Below are positions 32,270-44,720 of a stretch of 64,000 nt of DNA, piece after piece (position 1 is the first letter of the stretch; each line of letters starts with the position of its first letter). The notes under the pieces are model-generated. The model searched no databases and was not told the DNA's origin. It was given only the letters and a program-made list of their open reading frames with translations. The stretch lies in NCBI GenBank assembly GCA_977017575.1, contig CDRNVI010000078.1:38586-102585 (forward strand), given 5' to 3'. This DNA is from Paramoeba atlantica. Taxonomy: Eukaryota; Protista; Discosea. Both the position numbers and the translations under genes were made by a program.

Positions 32270-35200
32270 TTTTTTTATTCAAATATAATCCCTCCTGAAT
32301 TTCAATCCGTAAACTTTTAGTGTTTATGAAGAGTCTTTTTTTCCTCGTTTTTCCTTCCCCCCTTCTCTCGCTTCTTTGAGAGAAAACTACAACCGCACAT
32401 CTCTAACTATATATTAAAAAACGAGTGTAAGAAATCCATTCTAAAGAAATTAAAGCTAAATCTAGAAGCCATAAGTATCCTCCTCTGTACGGGGCTCCAA
32501 GAACCGACGCAACTGGCAGTTTAACACTGCCCCATTCAATTCTTGCAAATGCAGCGCAAAGTCTCGTTCCACCGCCTGCGGATTCATGGACGATTTCTCG
32601 GCCAAAATGTGTAGTAGCTCTCTTGTGTTGGCGTGAAGTGATCCGCTTGCAAGGATGGGTAAGCACCGAAAGTTGTCCTCTCTTAATATTTTGGTCGCCA
32701 CGTACTTGGTGCGTTTCCTCGTGATCGCGTCTTGGAGTGCTTTTGCTGGCTTGGTACCGAGAATGGAAGGAGCGAGCTCGTGTACGACTGTAAGGTCATA
32801 AAAGATCTCCCCTGTGGCCCAATATACTACCAAATCGGGGCCCGATCGATGCAACGCGCTGCCTTTGCACGCTGTTGCATGCTCCCTCTTTCGCTCTTCG
32901 GAAATTACTTCCGAGCACCCGAGGCACGTGTACGATGAAAACTGACGGGGCTCCCGCTCGCATGGGATACCGGCCTTCATGCAAAGGTCGTAGATGTAAC
33001 GAATCAGACAATTGTGCTTCGTAGTCGAATTCGTTCCGGTGCACCTGACGCATCCCGGCACGTGGGTGAGAGCGGTCTCGCCGTTGATTTCCGTTTTGCA
33101 GCCCGGGCAGAGAAAGGATGAAGGGAGCTCCGGGTGACAGATACCGAGCCTCGGCATCACTGCTAGGGTGTATTGTCGCGTCGGTATAAATCGTTCGGTC
33201 GCGTGCAGCCACGAGTAGCTTCCTTTCCGAGTAGTTGCCTGCATTATCTGCGCAGTTTTCTTGGTTTCACACAGACGCGTTTTTATCGCCTTGTGTACTG
33301 CTTTCTCCGCAAACTCTTCTTCCGGTACAGCGGCCACTGTTGAGGCATCGCACGTCGCGACTTGAGCTGAAAACTTTTTTTGCTGCTCTAAAGCTGCGTG
33401 TTGCGAAGCCTCATATGCGGCCACTCGGATAGAGTCCGTTGAAGACAGGCCCAAACCACCCATCGACAGCGGCAAACGAGCCCACTCGACTTGATCGGAT
33501 GTCAAAGGACCAAGCCATGCTTTCAGAACGTCTTCTACCTCTGAGTCAAATTCCTTCGCCATCTCTCCAGATGCCTCCGGCGCGTGCGTTCGAATCTGGT
33601 ATCTTTGTCTCACATTGACGCATTTCGACAGGATGAGGCACGAGACATTATTTGCTCCCATTCTCCGCAATCTTCTAAAAATTGTTTTATGCTTACGAAG
33701 ATTCCTTAAAAGAAGATTGCTGACCCGTTCATTTTCTCCGATGTATGCCCCTAGTGCTTTCAGGGCATCTGACTCAGAATTCACCCCGGCCATCTTTAGA
33801 GTCTCTGGAATTTCTCTACCTTCTCTCCCGCCAAACCACACACATTTTCTGTTAGCGAGTTGTACATCTCTCTCGCCCAAAAGGTCCCACAGTCTATAGA
33901 ACGCTTTCGTCAAAAGATCCGCGTCGTCGGACACCAGATTTATGTCATCGATATAGGCAAAAATTTTCAGCGTTGGGTATTCAAGAGCCAATGTTGCGAG
34001 CATTGGCTGCATGAAGGTGCAGAAAAGAAAGCTGGAAAGCGGCGACCCCTGCCGCACACCTCGAGAACTACTAACCGTGCCGTGTAGCGTACCATCTTTC
34101 CCGTAGAACAACAGTTCAGATGGTTTAGAATATTGCGCATGGAAGAGACGTTGGAAAGGACGAAGCGTAGCATAAGAGTACAGAGAGTCGGCGATGTGAT
34201 CGCGATACGGTGAATTGAATGCATTGCACAGATCAATCGACAGAATTTTTTCACCCTTCATGTAGCTCTCCTGAAGTTGATGCACGATGGACTCGCATCC
34301 TGATTTTTGCGATACCCCGTATTGCCAAGGAGCAAACAAAGTGCCAAGGGATCGTTCGTATTTCTGTAGCATAACCACTTCCGCTAGCTTCAGAAACATT
34401 TCCCCAACCGCGACAGGGCGAATACCTCCGTCGGCTTTCGGAATAGCAACCAGCCGCGCTCTTTTAAGTCTTGTCATCACCTCGTCCGCTACCTTCCCGT
34501 TGATCACATCCAAGAGCATGTGACATAGGGCAGAGCAACATACTTCGTCATCCAGAAGTATGCGAACGATTCCATCCGTGGTTCCAGAAGGGCCAGGAGC
34601 TGCTCCCTTAGCAAGACGTCGTCCAGCCTCTCGAAGTTCTTGTGTCGATAAAATCGCCAAAGCTGGAGCATCTGCTGGAAGGTGGAATGTGCGTTCGGAA
34701 TATGGATGAAGCGTTTTCAATTTCGCGATCGTCTCCTCGTCAGACAGCTTGCGCTCGATTACCTCCTGGTCCAACACTTTTGTGGCCTTAGATGCACATC
34801 CCTCAACGACCAACCGAATCGCTTTTTTGATCGCTCGGGCGTCCGAGGCTTCCTCATCCTCCATCGCATTCTCTGCCTTTTGGAGCTCGCGTTTCGATTT
34901 CATTGGCCTTCTGCGACGTCTACGCGTGTAGGCCTCACGAACAGCAGCTAAAGAGAACTTCATCGCCGACATCAGTCTATGCCAGATTTTGTTTCTCTGA
35001 TCGTACCCACAGTCCGCATAGTCCCTGATCAATTCCCGGTAAACCGCTATGACGCACGGGACGAATTCCGATCCTATCGATTTGACAGTGGGAATTGGCT
35101 CCAAATCCAAATCACATTCCGTGTTGGTCACGCTTGGAATTAATGGATCACTTTGATTTGTAGTGGGTGAGTCGCCAGGATTTCCTTGGGCTTCCGGTCC

Positions 35201-35960
35201 GACTTGTCCATCCATCCACACTATTCTGTATATCCTAACATTCGGTTGCGGTGGTAAGGTCCCCACGAAAGCTTCTTGTACTTGATGACCCTTAATCCCC
35301 TGATAGTCGATAGCTATTTTGCGAATGCCCGCTCTTGTTTTAACTGAATCCACCACTCCAATCGAGATATTCAACAAGGGCTGTCGATCAAAACTCCATG
35401 CAACTACGCATTCATTCCCTAGTCGAGCGTCTTTAGTCTGCTGCGCTATTCGTTCTGGGCTCAGGGGGAAGTCAACACCAATCCGCACCGTAGCGTAAAG
35501 CGCTCGAACTATCCGGGTGACCGCATTTACATTTCCTGATGTATCTGTGATTCGCAAATCTTCCTTTTCGAATCTCTGCTGCTCATGTGCTGTCGGCGGG
35601 CTATCGCAATCCAGAAATTCATTTAACACCTCATCAGGTGACATGATACCGGGTGTCAAGGGTCTAGGGGTGGCCTCTGTTACCAGAAAGGGTGGTGGAG
35701 AAGAATATTGTGGAGACATGAGTTCTGCAACGGAAATATTCGTAACCGGTAGCGGAGACGGCAACCTCTGAAATGGGGACGACGGATCTGTTGCCGTATT
35801 TTCCGTGGCTTGAGTACGATTCTGCGTGGCCGCCACCGGTCTCTGCGTGGCCGCCACCGGGCTTTGCGTAGTTCTTTCTTGTGCCTGTGGGGATACCGCT
35901 CGGGCGTAAGAAATTTGTTTCTGGCTCACGGTGTTGGGCGGCGAGTCAATGTCCCCCCCA
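32270..35960 (-). mobile_element. Near full-length CRE-like element C (ORF 32462..35929, 1155 aa) with A-tail and 7-bp TSD
   Basis: Uninterrupted ORF with RT (AYIDD), two CCHC knuckles and an RLE domain. TTCCGTC at 32263-32269 and 35961-35967. The frame is open to the 5' junction; first ATG at 35719. Confidence 0.95.
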
Positions 35961-36637
35961 TTCCGTCAATGGACCGAGCCAGTTCTTCAATACGCTCTCG
36001 ACATTGTCATCGAATTTAGTGGAGGCCTCCTTTGTCACAGACGGCGGATGGACGCGCATGACGTATTGTTGCTTAACATTGATACATTGCGAAAGAAGTA
36101 TCAATGCTACATTGCTTAATCCCATTGCTTTTAATCTCTGGAAGCTTGTATCTTGTTTATCCACTGCTTCCATTAATCTTTTCTTGATCTGATTCTCTTT
36201 GCCGATGTGTGCCCCCAATACTTTGACCGCTTCTTCCTCATTGCGCACACCCTGTACCTTCAGGCTTGGTGGGATTGGCTGAGCCGACCCCTCCCCAAAC
36301 CATATACACTTCATTGTTGCTAGCGTGAGCGAGTATTGAACCATCAACTCTTGGAGTCTCTGAAACGCTTTTTCGATTTGAGCACTTTTTAGGGAGGACA
36401 TGGTAACGTCATCGATGAAAGCGTGAAACTCCACTTCGGGAAATTCCATCGACAGTGTTTCCAGCATGGGTTGAAAAAAGGCGCAATAATACATGGAAGC
36501 CAATGGTGAACCCTGCCGCAGACCTGATGTGCTTAGGACTGTTCCGACCAATTTTCCTTCTGAACCATAATACAGCAATTCAGAGGCCCCCGAGTATTCG
36601 ACCTCGAAGAATCGCTGGAAAGGGCGGAGTGCACTGA
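35961..36637 (-). mobile_element. CRE-like fragment D (RT core); middle of the split host element
   Basis: LRPFQRFF, GLRQGSPLA, AFIDD, WLGPLTE; contiguous in protein register with G and B. Confidence 0.9.
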
Positions 36638-37277
36638 AGAAATCAACGACGAGAGTCTTCCACATACATTAAAAACAACTTGTAAGAAAACATTGTTGTA
36701 AGAGCTAAAGAAATATATCGCTGATATCCTGAATCTCATCCACTGCCTATATTTACTAGCTAAAGAATATTCGTATTATTGATGCAACTATCCGGATGTA
36801 TATAGCGCGCAAACTATTTCAAAAGCATAATATAAAAATATAATACGTAGTGAAGGGGCTTTGCCCCCTGGCACGCAGCCACCACCCTTGGGGGCTGGTG
36901 GGAGGGCATCGCACACTAATAAAAATAACTTGTAAGAGAATGTAAGCTATAAAACTATACACAATCTACATAAAGTTATAATTTAAATCATATTAAAAGA
37001 TATAATAGAATTCATAATCAGAGATTATGTGCCTCGTAGGGCCATTCGAGAAAAAGGAGTCTTTTCAAATTCGTATTTGTTCTCGTCTAAATTTCCTCTC
37101 GTAAACTATCAGAAATCAACGACGAGAGTCTTCCACATACATTAAAAACAACTTGTAAGAAAACATTGTTGTAAGAGCTAAAGAAATATATCGCTGATAT
37201 CCTGAATCTCATCCACTGCCTATATTTACTAGCTAAAGAATATTCGTATTATTGATGCAACTATCCGGATGTATATA

Positions 37278-39593
37278 TTTTTTTTTTTTTTTTTCTTGTT
37301 TCTTTTGGCTTTCCTGACGCAACCCAACTATCCAAGAACTTTCTCAAGTTTACATAAACTTTTAGTACTGATTTTTGTCTATCTCTTCGCAGACTTTATA
37401 ATTCCAATTTGTATCTTTTCTGTACTTTTGATTTCTTAAAGAATAGTGCTTTTCTGATAGTCTTGAGGCTCCAAAAAATGTCGGAGCTGTGCGTATACTT
37501 CGGATCCGTTCAGCTCTTGGAGTAGCAACTTGAATGCCTGTTCGGTTTTTTGGGTATCCAACAGGCAGACATCCGTCAGTGATTTAATTAGGCCCCGTGT
37601 GCTCTTATGTAAAGACCCGCAGGACAAGACAGGAAGGCACTCAAAAGCTTCCGCCGGAATCATGCCACTATTGACGTATGTTTCATTTTTCCGCTGTATA
37701 GCTTCTCGCACGAGTTGGGAACACTTTTTATTCCGATGGGAAGGCGCGAGCTCGTGCACCACAGTTAGGTCGTAGAACACCACGCCACTGTTCCAGTAGA
37801 TCGCAAGATCCGGGCCTGAGCGATGAAACTGCCGTCCTCCGCATGTTTTGTGGTGGAGATGCTGATTGTTGTAGTCGACTGTATTTCCGCATGTTAGACA
37901 ACTCCACGTGCTAAAAGAACGCGGCTCTCTTTCGCATGGAATACCAGCTTTCATGCAAAGATCATACAGAAACTTGGTCAACATGTTGTGCTTCGCTGTG
38001 GCGTTGAAACCTGTACATTGCACGCATCCGGGGATGTGAGTTAGTGCAGTGTTTGCATCCATCAATGTTCGGCATCCAGGGCAAGTCATAGCATCAGGAA
38101 GTCTCGGGTGATGTACTCCAAGACGGGGCATGACTGCTAGCTCGAATAAGTGCGGTGGTACATATCTTACATTGGACAGTAGCCAGTCATAACTCCCCTT
38201 ATTGGAGGTTGCTTTTAACGTCCCGGCCATTTGTGGATCGCTTACGAGTTTGTTCCATGCTTCCTCATGAAGTTTCGCTGCAGCGGTAATTTCGTCAGTA
38301 GGTGGTTTTTGACGAGCGAGTTCTTGTTCATTTGCTGTCCCAGCGTGTTCAGTGCTATGAAACTGTGACGGCACAACTCGAGCTGAAAAAGATTTTATAT
38401 GCTCAAAAGCTGCGTGTCGGGAAGCTTCATAAGCTGCCGCGCGCGTTGGGTGACATGCCGTGAGACCAAGTCCTCCTTTCTTCAGGGGTAACCTTGCTAT
38501 GTCAATTTGTCTAGTCTGCAATGGGCCCATCCATGTTTGAAGTACGCTCTCGATTTCGCTATCAAAACGTTTACATGTTTGATCCGTGGCCTTGGGGTTG
38601 TGTGTCCTCATGTAGTACTGTTGACGAACGTTCACACTTTTTGTCAAAAGGATGAGGGATACGTTACTCATGCCCATTAGCTTTAGCCTGCGGAATATTA
38701 CTTCTTGTTTGCCGATCTTTTGGAGCAGTTTTTGACTGATGGCGTCGTCTTCTCCAATAAAAGCCCCCAGTACTTTAGTGGCCTGGCTCTCGGTTTGTAC
38801 TCCTTCGGCTTGAAGAGCTTCTGGAATGGACTTGCCGAGGATGCCACCAAACCAAACACATTTATGCGCCGATAGTGCAAGATTGCTAGATGCGACAAGT
38901 GCCTTCAGCCTTTTAAAAGCGTTCGTGAGCTGATTCGGATCTTCGGATGTCAAATTGATATCGTCGATGTACGCATGTATGTTGATGCCAGGAAATTCTT
39001 CTGCAAGGGTTTCCAATACAGGTTGTAGGTATGTGCAGAAATACAGCGTGGATAGTGGCGATCCCTGTTTTACTCCTGAGGAACTTGATACTGTGTCGAC
39101 CAATTTACCTTCGCTGCCGTAGAAGAGAAGCTGAGATTGCTCGGAATATTCAGCCGCAAAAAACCTTTGGAAGGGTCGGAGCGTTGCGATACCGAAAACA
39201 TGCTTTGCGACGTCATTCCTGGAGGGGGTGTTGAACGCATTTTTCAAGTCTACGGATAGGATGGAGTGGCCTGTCAAATATTTTTCGTGAAGGGTGTGCA
39301 CTATCCTCTCGCAGCCCGCTTTTGACATTATCCCCTGCTGCATTGGCGCAAAAAGTGGCTCCAGGGTATTCTCATAGCGTTGAAAAAGAATGATTCCCGC
39401 TAACTTTCCAAAAACGTCTCCCATAGCAACCGGCCGAACGCCTCCATCTGGTTTCGGGATAGCAATCAACCTCGCTCTGTTTAGCCGCCGTAAAACTTGT
39501 CGCGAAAGAAAACCGTTCAGTAGATCGGCCATCATGTGACAAAGGCTCGTGCAGCACACTTCATCGTCCAGTAGAAGTCGTAGCACGTTGTCA
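37278..39593 (-). mobile_element. 5'-truncated CRE-like element E with poly(A), inserted into repeat B1
   Basis: ORF to stop 37436 with AYIDD, CCHC x2 and GPDL..YDLTV; T17 on the plus strand; the target lost about 2 bp relative to B2. Confidence 0.92.
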
Positions 39594-39850
39594 GCGCAAA
39601 CTATTTCAAAAGCATAATATAAAAATATAATACGTAGTGAAGGGGCTTTGCCCCCTGGCACGCAGCCACCACCCCGATCGCTCGTCTCCTCACAACATCC
39701 TGTCTCTCGTATATTAAATCGCTGCACGTTCCACATACAAAATTCCATTGCGAAGCTGGCCAAGCTGCGAACGGAAGCTTGATAAACCTACATTTGATCA
39801 TTCACTAAATACATATTTTTTTTTTTTTTTTTTTGAAAGAAGAAGCAATC

Positions 39851-39881
<31 letters not shown>

Positions 39882-39891
39882 TGTTTAATCT

Positions 39892-41481
39892 CTAAAAAAT
39901 TCTGCTTATTGGGTCCGCTGGATTTAGTTTCGTAGAAATATAATGAGCTTGAATACATATTCCTTTATTCTTTAAACTCTGTAAAATGCTTTTCAATTCT
40001 TTCGCTATGCCATCAGACTTGCATATTTTCCGATTCAACGCTGCTCGACAAGACGTATTATCAATCCAAAGCTGAACGCAAGTCCCTTGCTCGAAATATT
40101 TTTGGAATTCTTCGAGGGCGAATCGCACCGCCGCCGCTTCTGATTTGTTAACTTCGTAGGTCCATTCTGCTGGCCAAGGTGCGCCCAAAATCTTAACCTC
40201 TCCGCTATCCATGTACAGAATTGCTCCCCATCCTTTTGAGGAGGCGTCTGTAAAGAGTTTATGACGCGGAGGTGCAGTGGCGGGGTGAGGGGGTGCTCTT
40301 ATCGGCACGTTTTTAATCAAGTCGTCACGCCATTGAGCTAAGATCACACGAGTTTTCATGGGAAGATCCACGATTTTGTCCTTTGCAAAAGGATGTCGGT
40401 TCAAGTAATTAATACGTCGTTGTACTATTTTTATCGCAAAGTGATATTGCGGGATTACCACACCAAGTATCGAAGAGCAGTACAGTAGACGCCCCACCGC
40501 CGCCTCCAGCTCTAAGAAAGTGAGTCTCGAAAAAGTATCCCGTTTCAATTTGCTCACAACCTTCGGTCCCAAGCAGACCCGGCTTGATGCGTGATCAAAT
40601 TTCACTCCGTTGAACACGTATTGTTTCGTCGGAGGAACGTCCTGATCTTTAAATCGAGCTCCTGCCACTCGCGCACGCGAGTCAATAAAATAAACATACT
40701 CGTCTGCATGTTTTCTAGATCCGGAAAAACGAACTCCATCTATATAGATATCAGTAGAACCGTGTTGATACGAGTGGGATTTTGAGCAATAATCTTTATT
40801 TCCTGCCAACGCTGCTGTCATGCAATGCATAATTTCAGGCGCACATCTGTGGCCCATGGGTAAAACATTCATTTCGTATAATTGCCCATCTTCTGCACGA
40901 AACCGAAACTTTGCTCGGGATCGTAAGGGTAAGCCAACCTGGTAAAAACCACACATTAGATCACGTTTTACCCCCACCTCAGCATTTACTGCGTATAAAT
41001 AACGAGAAGGGTGTAGGAGAGGAACAGCTGGTTCGTAGTCCTTTAGGCGTAAATTGTCTGATCGTGTCCATGAAATAAAACGTCTTCTGTCTTTGCCCGC
41101 GTCGTCTTTTTCAAGGACAGTGAACGGAACCATATATTGCATGGTCGGGCGTCGTTTGGCTTCTTCGGTAGATACCTTCGATATGACTTTAGACCGAATC
41201 AATGCTGGAATGTCTCCTGGAGCCAATGCCGGTTTAATGCAAGGAGCGGACTCAGCTTTCTCGGGCAACTTGGTGAGTTCATCAAGAACGTACGTTAGCC
41301 TATCATTCTGTTGTTCCGTTAGCCACTTCCGTAATTTTTGAACATTCAACGTCGGAATATTATCCTTTGCATGCAAGGGGATATGGTAGTCGTCGGTTTT
41401 AGCTAATTTGGAACTGCGCCTTGGACATAAAATTGAATACGATTTAAGGAAAGGAACCTGTTCGTGAAACTCCTGAACCAT
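39892..41481 (-). CDS. RT-RNase H of the YR retrotransposon (ATG overlaps the YR stop as TGATG; frame is open much further upstream)
   Basis: DLMCGFYQ, LPMGHRCAP, YIDG; RNase H LFTDASSKGWGA, E, WIDN, NPADPISR. Confidence 0.9.
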   Translation of the reverse strand: MVQEFHEQVPFLKSYSILCPRRSSKLAKTDDYHIPLHAKDNIPTLNVQKLRKWLTEQQNDRLTYVLDELTKLPEKAESAPCIKPALAPGDIPALIRSKVISKVSTEEAKRRPTMQYMVPFTVLEKDDAGKDRRRFISWTRSDNLRLKDYEPAVPLLHPSRYLYAVNAEVGVKRDLMCGFYQVGLPLRSRAKFRFRAEDGQLYEMNVLPMGHRCAPEIMHCMTAALAGNKDYCSKSHSYQHGSTDIYIDGVRFSGSRKHADEYVYFIDSRARVAGARFKDQDVPPTKQYVFNGVKFDHASSRVCLGPKVVSKLKRDTFSRLTFLELEAAVGRLLYCSSILGVVIPQYHFAIKIVQRRINYLNRHPFAKDKIVDLPMKTRVILAQWRDDLIKNVPIRAPPHPATAPPRHKLFTDASSKGWGAILYMDSGEVKILGAPWPAEWTYEVNKSEAAAVRFALEEFQKYFEQGTCVQLWIDNTSCRAALNRKICKSDGIAKELKSILQSLKNKGICIQAHYISTKLNPADPISRIF

Positions 41482-42100
41482 CACATTATCGATGCACCGG
41501 GGAGAAGTACTGACACCTTCTGAGTCCCTAACGCTCTTGCCGTAGTTATTTGGTTGGCGTTGTACCGCAGTAGACTTTCTACGTTCAAGTGCTTTGAGAG
41601 ATTCATTACTTCCGATAAGTTGAGGTGGCCTTCTACTATTTCCTGAAATAGAAAGGTGATGGCTCCTCTCTTGATTGAGTGCGTGCCATATCCGTCGCCT
41701 AGGACGTCTCGAATATGGAGATCCATCTCCTGAACTGTCGCGGTGCTCATTCGTTGCCCTGGTCGCAGGCTGCTTACATACTGAGCTATTTGGTTTGTGC
41801 CCGGACCCGTGATGATCGCGTACATGTACGGTCGGTACGGATTTAGACGAGTGGTCCTCGTGAAACGTCCCCAGTAGATTATTATTTCGTTCGAATTTAC
41901 ACTCAGAAATTGCTCCCTTCTTAGCTCGGCCGTTTCGGTCCAGCGTGACGCGGCTTTCCAGCATAGCAGGACCGTCATTGCTTGTGTTATCGACAGGCGT
42001 GTGCACAATTTTTGCAACATGGGAGGTGTTATCGGTTGCATTTGACGTTGTGGTTCCGTGCCCCCCTGGGCCTGAATCGCTTTTGTGAACAACTTCAACG
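41481..42100 (-). CDS. Tyrosine recombinase, catalytic half
   Basis: ASRWTE (R), HSIKRGA (H..R), LSKH (H), LLRY (Y). Confidence 0.88.
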
Positions 42101-42325
42101 TGTTTGAATGCATTGCACCCCCTGAGAGGACAGGTATACATTGAAAGCTTTCAGCCATGATCTTCCCGGTCTTGACGTATGTGTCATGTTTTCGTCGACA
42201 GGCGTCGCGGAATAAATGTGCACACTTTGTGTCAAGGTTTGAGGGTGCCAATTCGTGGATGACTGTTAGATCGTAGTATATCTCGCCGGTTGCCCAATAT
42301 ATAACAATGTCAGGACCGGACCGAT
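42101..42325 (-). mobile_element. Short CRE RLE-domain fragment fused in frame to the YR half
   Basis: HRSGPDIVIYWATGEIYYDLTVIHELAPS...LSGGAMHSNT followed by LKLFT (YR). Confidence 0.85.
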
Positions 42326-42329
42326 GAAC

Positions 42330-42780
42330 AACAACAACAACAACAACAAATACACTGAGTCCTTTTTAGTGGACCAGTTAGGGGCTCTCGAGTAGGTACT
42401 TATAGTGTCGATACATCTCGACTTCTTCGTATGACACACTGGACTTCACAAAGCAGAAAGAATATACAAAATAGTAAAACACTTAAACTTTTCAATAAAT
42501 CCGACGTGGCGGAACGTACATCGGGTTCATCAAAATATGCTCAACCAGGATTAAATGCTCAACCAGGATCAAATGCTCAACCAGGATTAAATGCTCAACC
42601 AGGATTAAATGCTCAACCAGGATTAAATGCTCAACCAGGATCAAATGCTCAACCAGGATTAAATGCTCAACCAGGATCAAATGCTCAACCAGGATCAAAT
42701 GCTCAACCAGGATCAAATGCTCAACTAGGATCAAATGCTCAAGCCAGGATGAAAGCCTCGACCAGGAACAATGCTCAACG
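42330..42780 (+). repeat. (CAA)n + 190-bp unique block + 18-bp minisatellite (AATGCTCAACCAGGATYA, ~11 units); inverted copy at 57975-58390
   Basis: Direct sequence comparison; the array reads as AQPG(L/S)N repeats. Confidence 0.95.
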
Positions 42781-42825
42781 AGTAATAATTAAGATTCCGG
42801 AACAACAGAAATGTACACATGCAGG

Positions 42826-44720
42826 TTTTTTTTTTTTTTTTTTTTGCCGCAATCTGACTGCTACCGATTTAATGTCACTAACAAATATTGTTAATTGATT
42901 TTATTTTGAATTGGGGGGAGGGATCGCAGTCGGATAAGACGTTCTCATAAATAGTATATTGTCGGAAGACAGCTTCAGTATGGTCTGAAAATCAAGAAGA
43001 CATTCAATTCTCTCACTGTAGATTCCTTTTTATTTGCGGGTTTCGACCAAATTTGGGTGTAAAATGAGATTTTTCATTGAAATCTTGCCCGATGCCACGT
43101 TTGTTAGCTCGTTGTGAAAGCACGTCATCTCGATTTGCACGTTTTCCTATTGTGCTACATGGATGTTTCACTTTATCAGCTTTCTTAGGTTCCTTTAGGA
43201 GCACTAATGTACCTCTTTGACTGTTTGCTCTTCCTACCTTGGATTTACTCATATTACTTACTTCTTGAGTTGGATTTCTTTTCCTAGCAATTTTATTGTT
43301 CTTAGATTTCGGTATGTTTTGTCTGAAACAGAAGGATGATAATGAAACGTCTTGTCTTTCAGCTGCTTGCTTTGCAAGCCAATCAGCCATTTCGTTGTAC
43401 TGGTTGCCGCAATGAGCTTTAACTTTAACAACGTATATAGAATTCGTTTCTTCAATCTTACGGAGCTTTGCATCGATAACACGAAGGAGGGAAGGGTTTT
43501 CAGCTTTTTGGTATCCCGTTAATCTAAACTGGTGTCTTAACTTATGAACAAAATCCCAGACACAAGTAGAATCAGTATGAATAACAACAGTGCGCGTTAA
43601 GCCAGATGCCTGATCAAGTCCTTCACAAAGGGCATACATCTCTGAGTTGGAAGAGGTTCGTTCTATTTCCTCCGGAAGCCTTAAACCTAAATTTATAGTT
43701 GGAAGCTGATGCCCCAGTGCTAATATGCCGCACCCGCATTGCATTTTCCCTTGTTTTCTTATGAGACAACCGTCAGTATACAGGTGAACTTTGTTGCGAT
43801 TCAATGGGAAAACATTGGGTCCTTCCTCAAGAAATTGAAGGTTCTCGTATGTTGTATCCTTAGAGGTTCTCTTATACTCATTCATCCATTTCGTTGATCC
43901 GAATGTTGTTACACCGTGATTGGGTTCAAGACGTTTACGAAGTTGCCCGATAAGTGACGACCAATGACTTCTATCTTGGGCTTGTACGAATACCTCGCTT
44001 ACGAGAAGATTCAAGTCCCTTGCGCATTGTTCAATAGTAGTGGGGAATTTGCTTTCCTCATTATGTCTCCACATAGAAGCATGTGTATAGAGACATGAAT
44101 GACGAACCAGATGACCAACCAATTGTGCTCTCTTAATTCTCGATGTCGTGCTGACTCTGTCGTCACCTTGGTATAGAGAGTCCAAACGTGTGCCCTTCTT
44201 GCCATCCCATGAACTTACCCCACAAACCCATCTTCTCATTCGATGAACCTGTGTATCTAAATGCTTGGTTTCTTTATCCGTGAGTGTCCAAGTTCCAGCA
44301 CTATAGACCAACACAGGCATTACCAATGTTTTGAAAACTATTAGCTTTGAACTTATGGGCAGTGGGGAGTTCCAGATTCCTTGCAGCTTATTCATTGCAT
44401 ACCATGCTGCCCTTACACGTTCTAGAGCAGGTTTACCTCTTTTGCCCTCTTCGTAAACATTTCCTAGATACCGGTACTGTTTTACTCGTGGAATTTCGCC
44501 AATGCTTGTTACGATTAAAGGGCCATTCGAATCAGGAACTCGCCCAAATGTCATCCATGCTGTTTTTGATGGTCCCACAGAAACTCTAAGGTTAGCTTTC
44601 CCGGCACAAGAAACCAAGCTTTCAATCATTTTCGAGAGTTCTTGTTTTGACTCTGCAAAAAGGGCAATGTCGTCGGCATAATTAGTATCCGATACACGAA
44701 TGCGTTCTTTGCAAACACAC
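42826..44720 (-). mobile_element. 5'-truncated non-LTR element J (RT C-terminal half + RNase H + basic tail, poly(A))
   Basis: NYADDIALF, YRYLG, YTDG..EMYA..HTDS..KVKAHCGNQYNEMAD; T20 at 42826-42845. Confidence 0.9.

Noticed and set aside
37417-37428. TTTCTGTACTTT, matching the conserved core of the euglenozoan spliced leader
   Set aside because: Only 12 nt, no AACTAA-like 5' end or splice donor, and it is simply the antisense of the A-rich 3' UTR of element E. No SL RNA gene was found at any CRE junction.
42534-42780. 18-bp repeats as a CRISPR array (also 57125-57263 and 57975-58190)
   Set aside because: Head-to-tail units without unique spacers, eukaryotic context, no cas genes.
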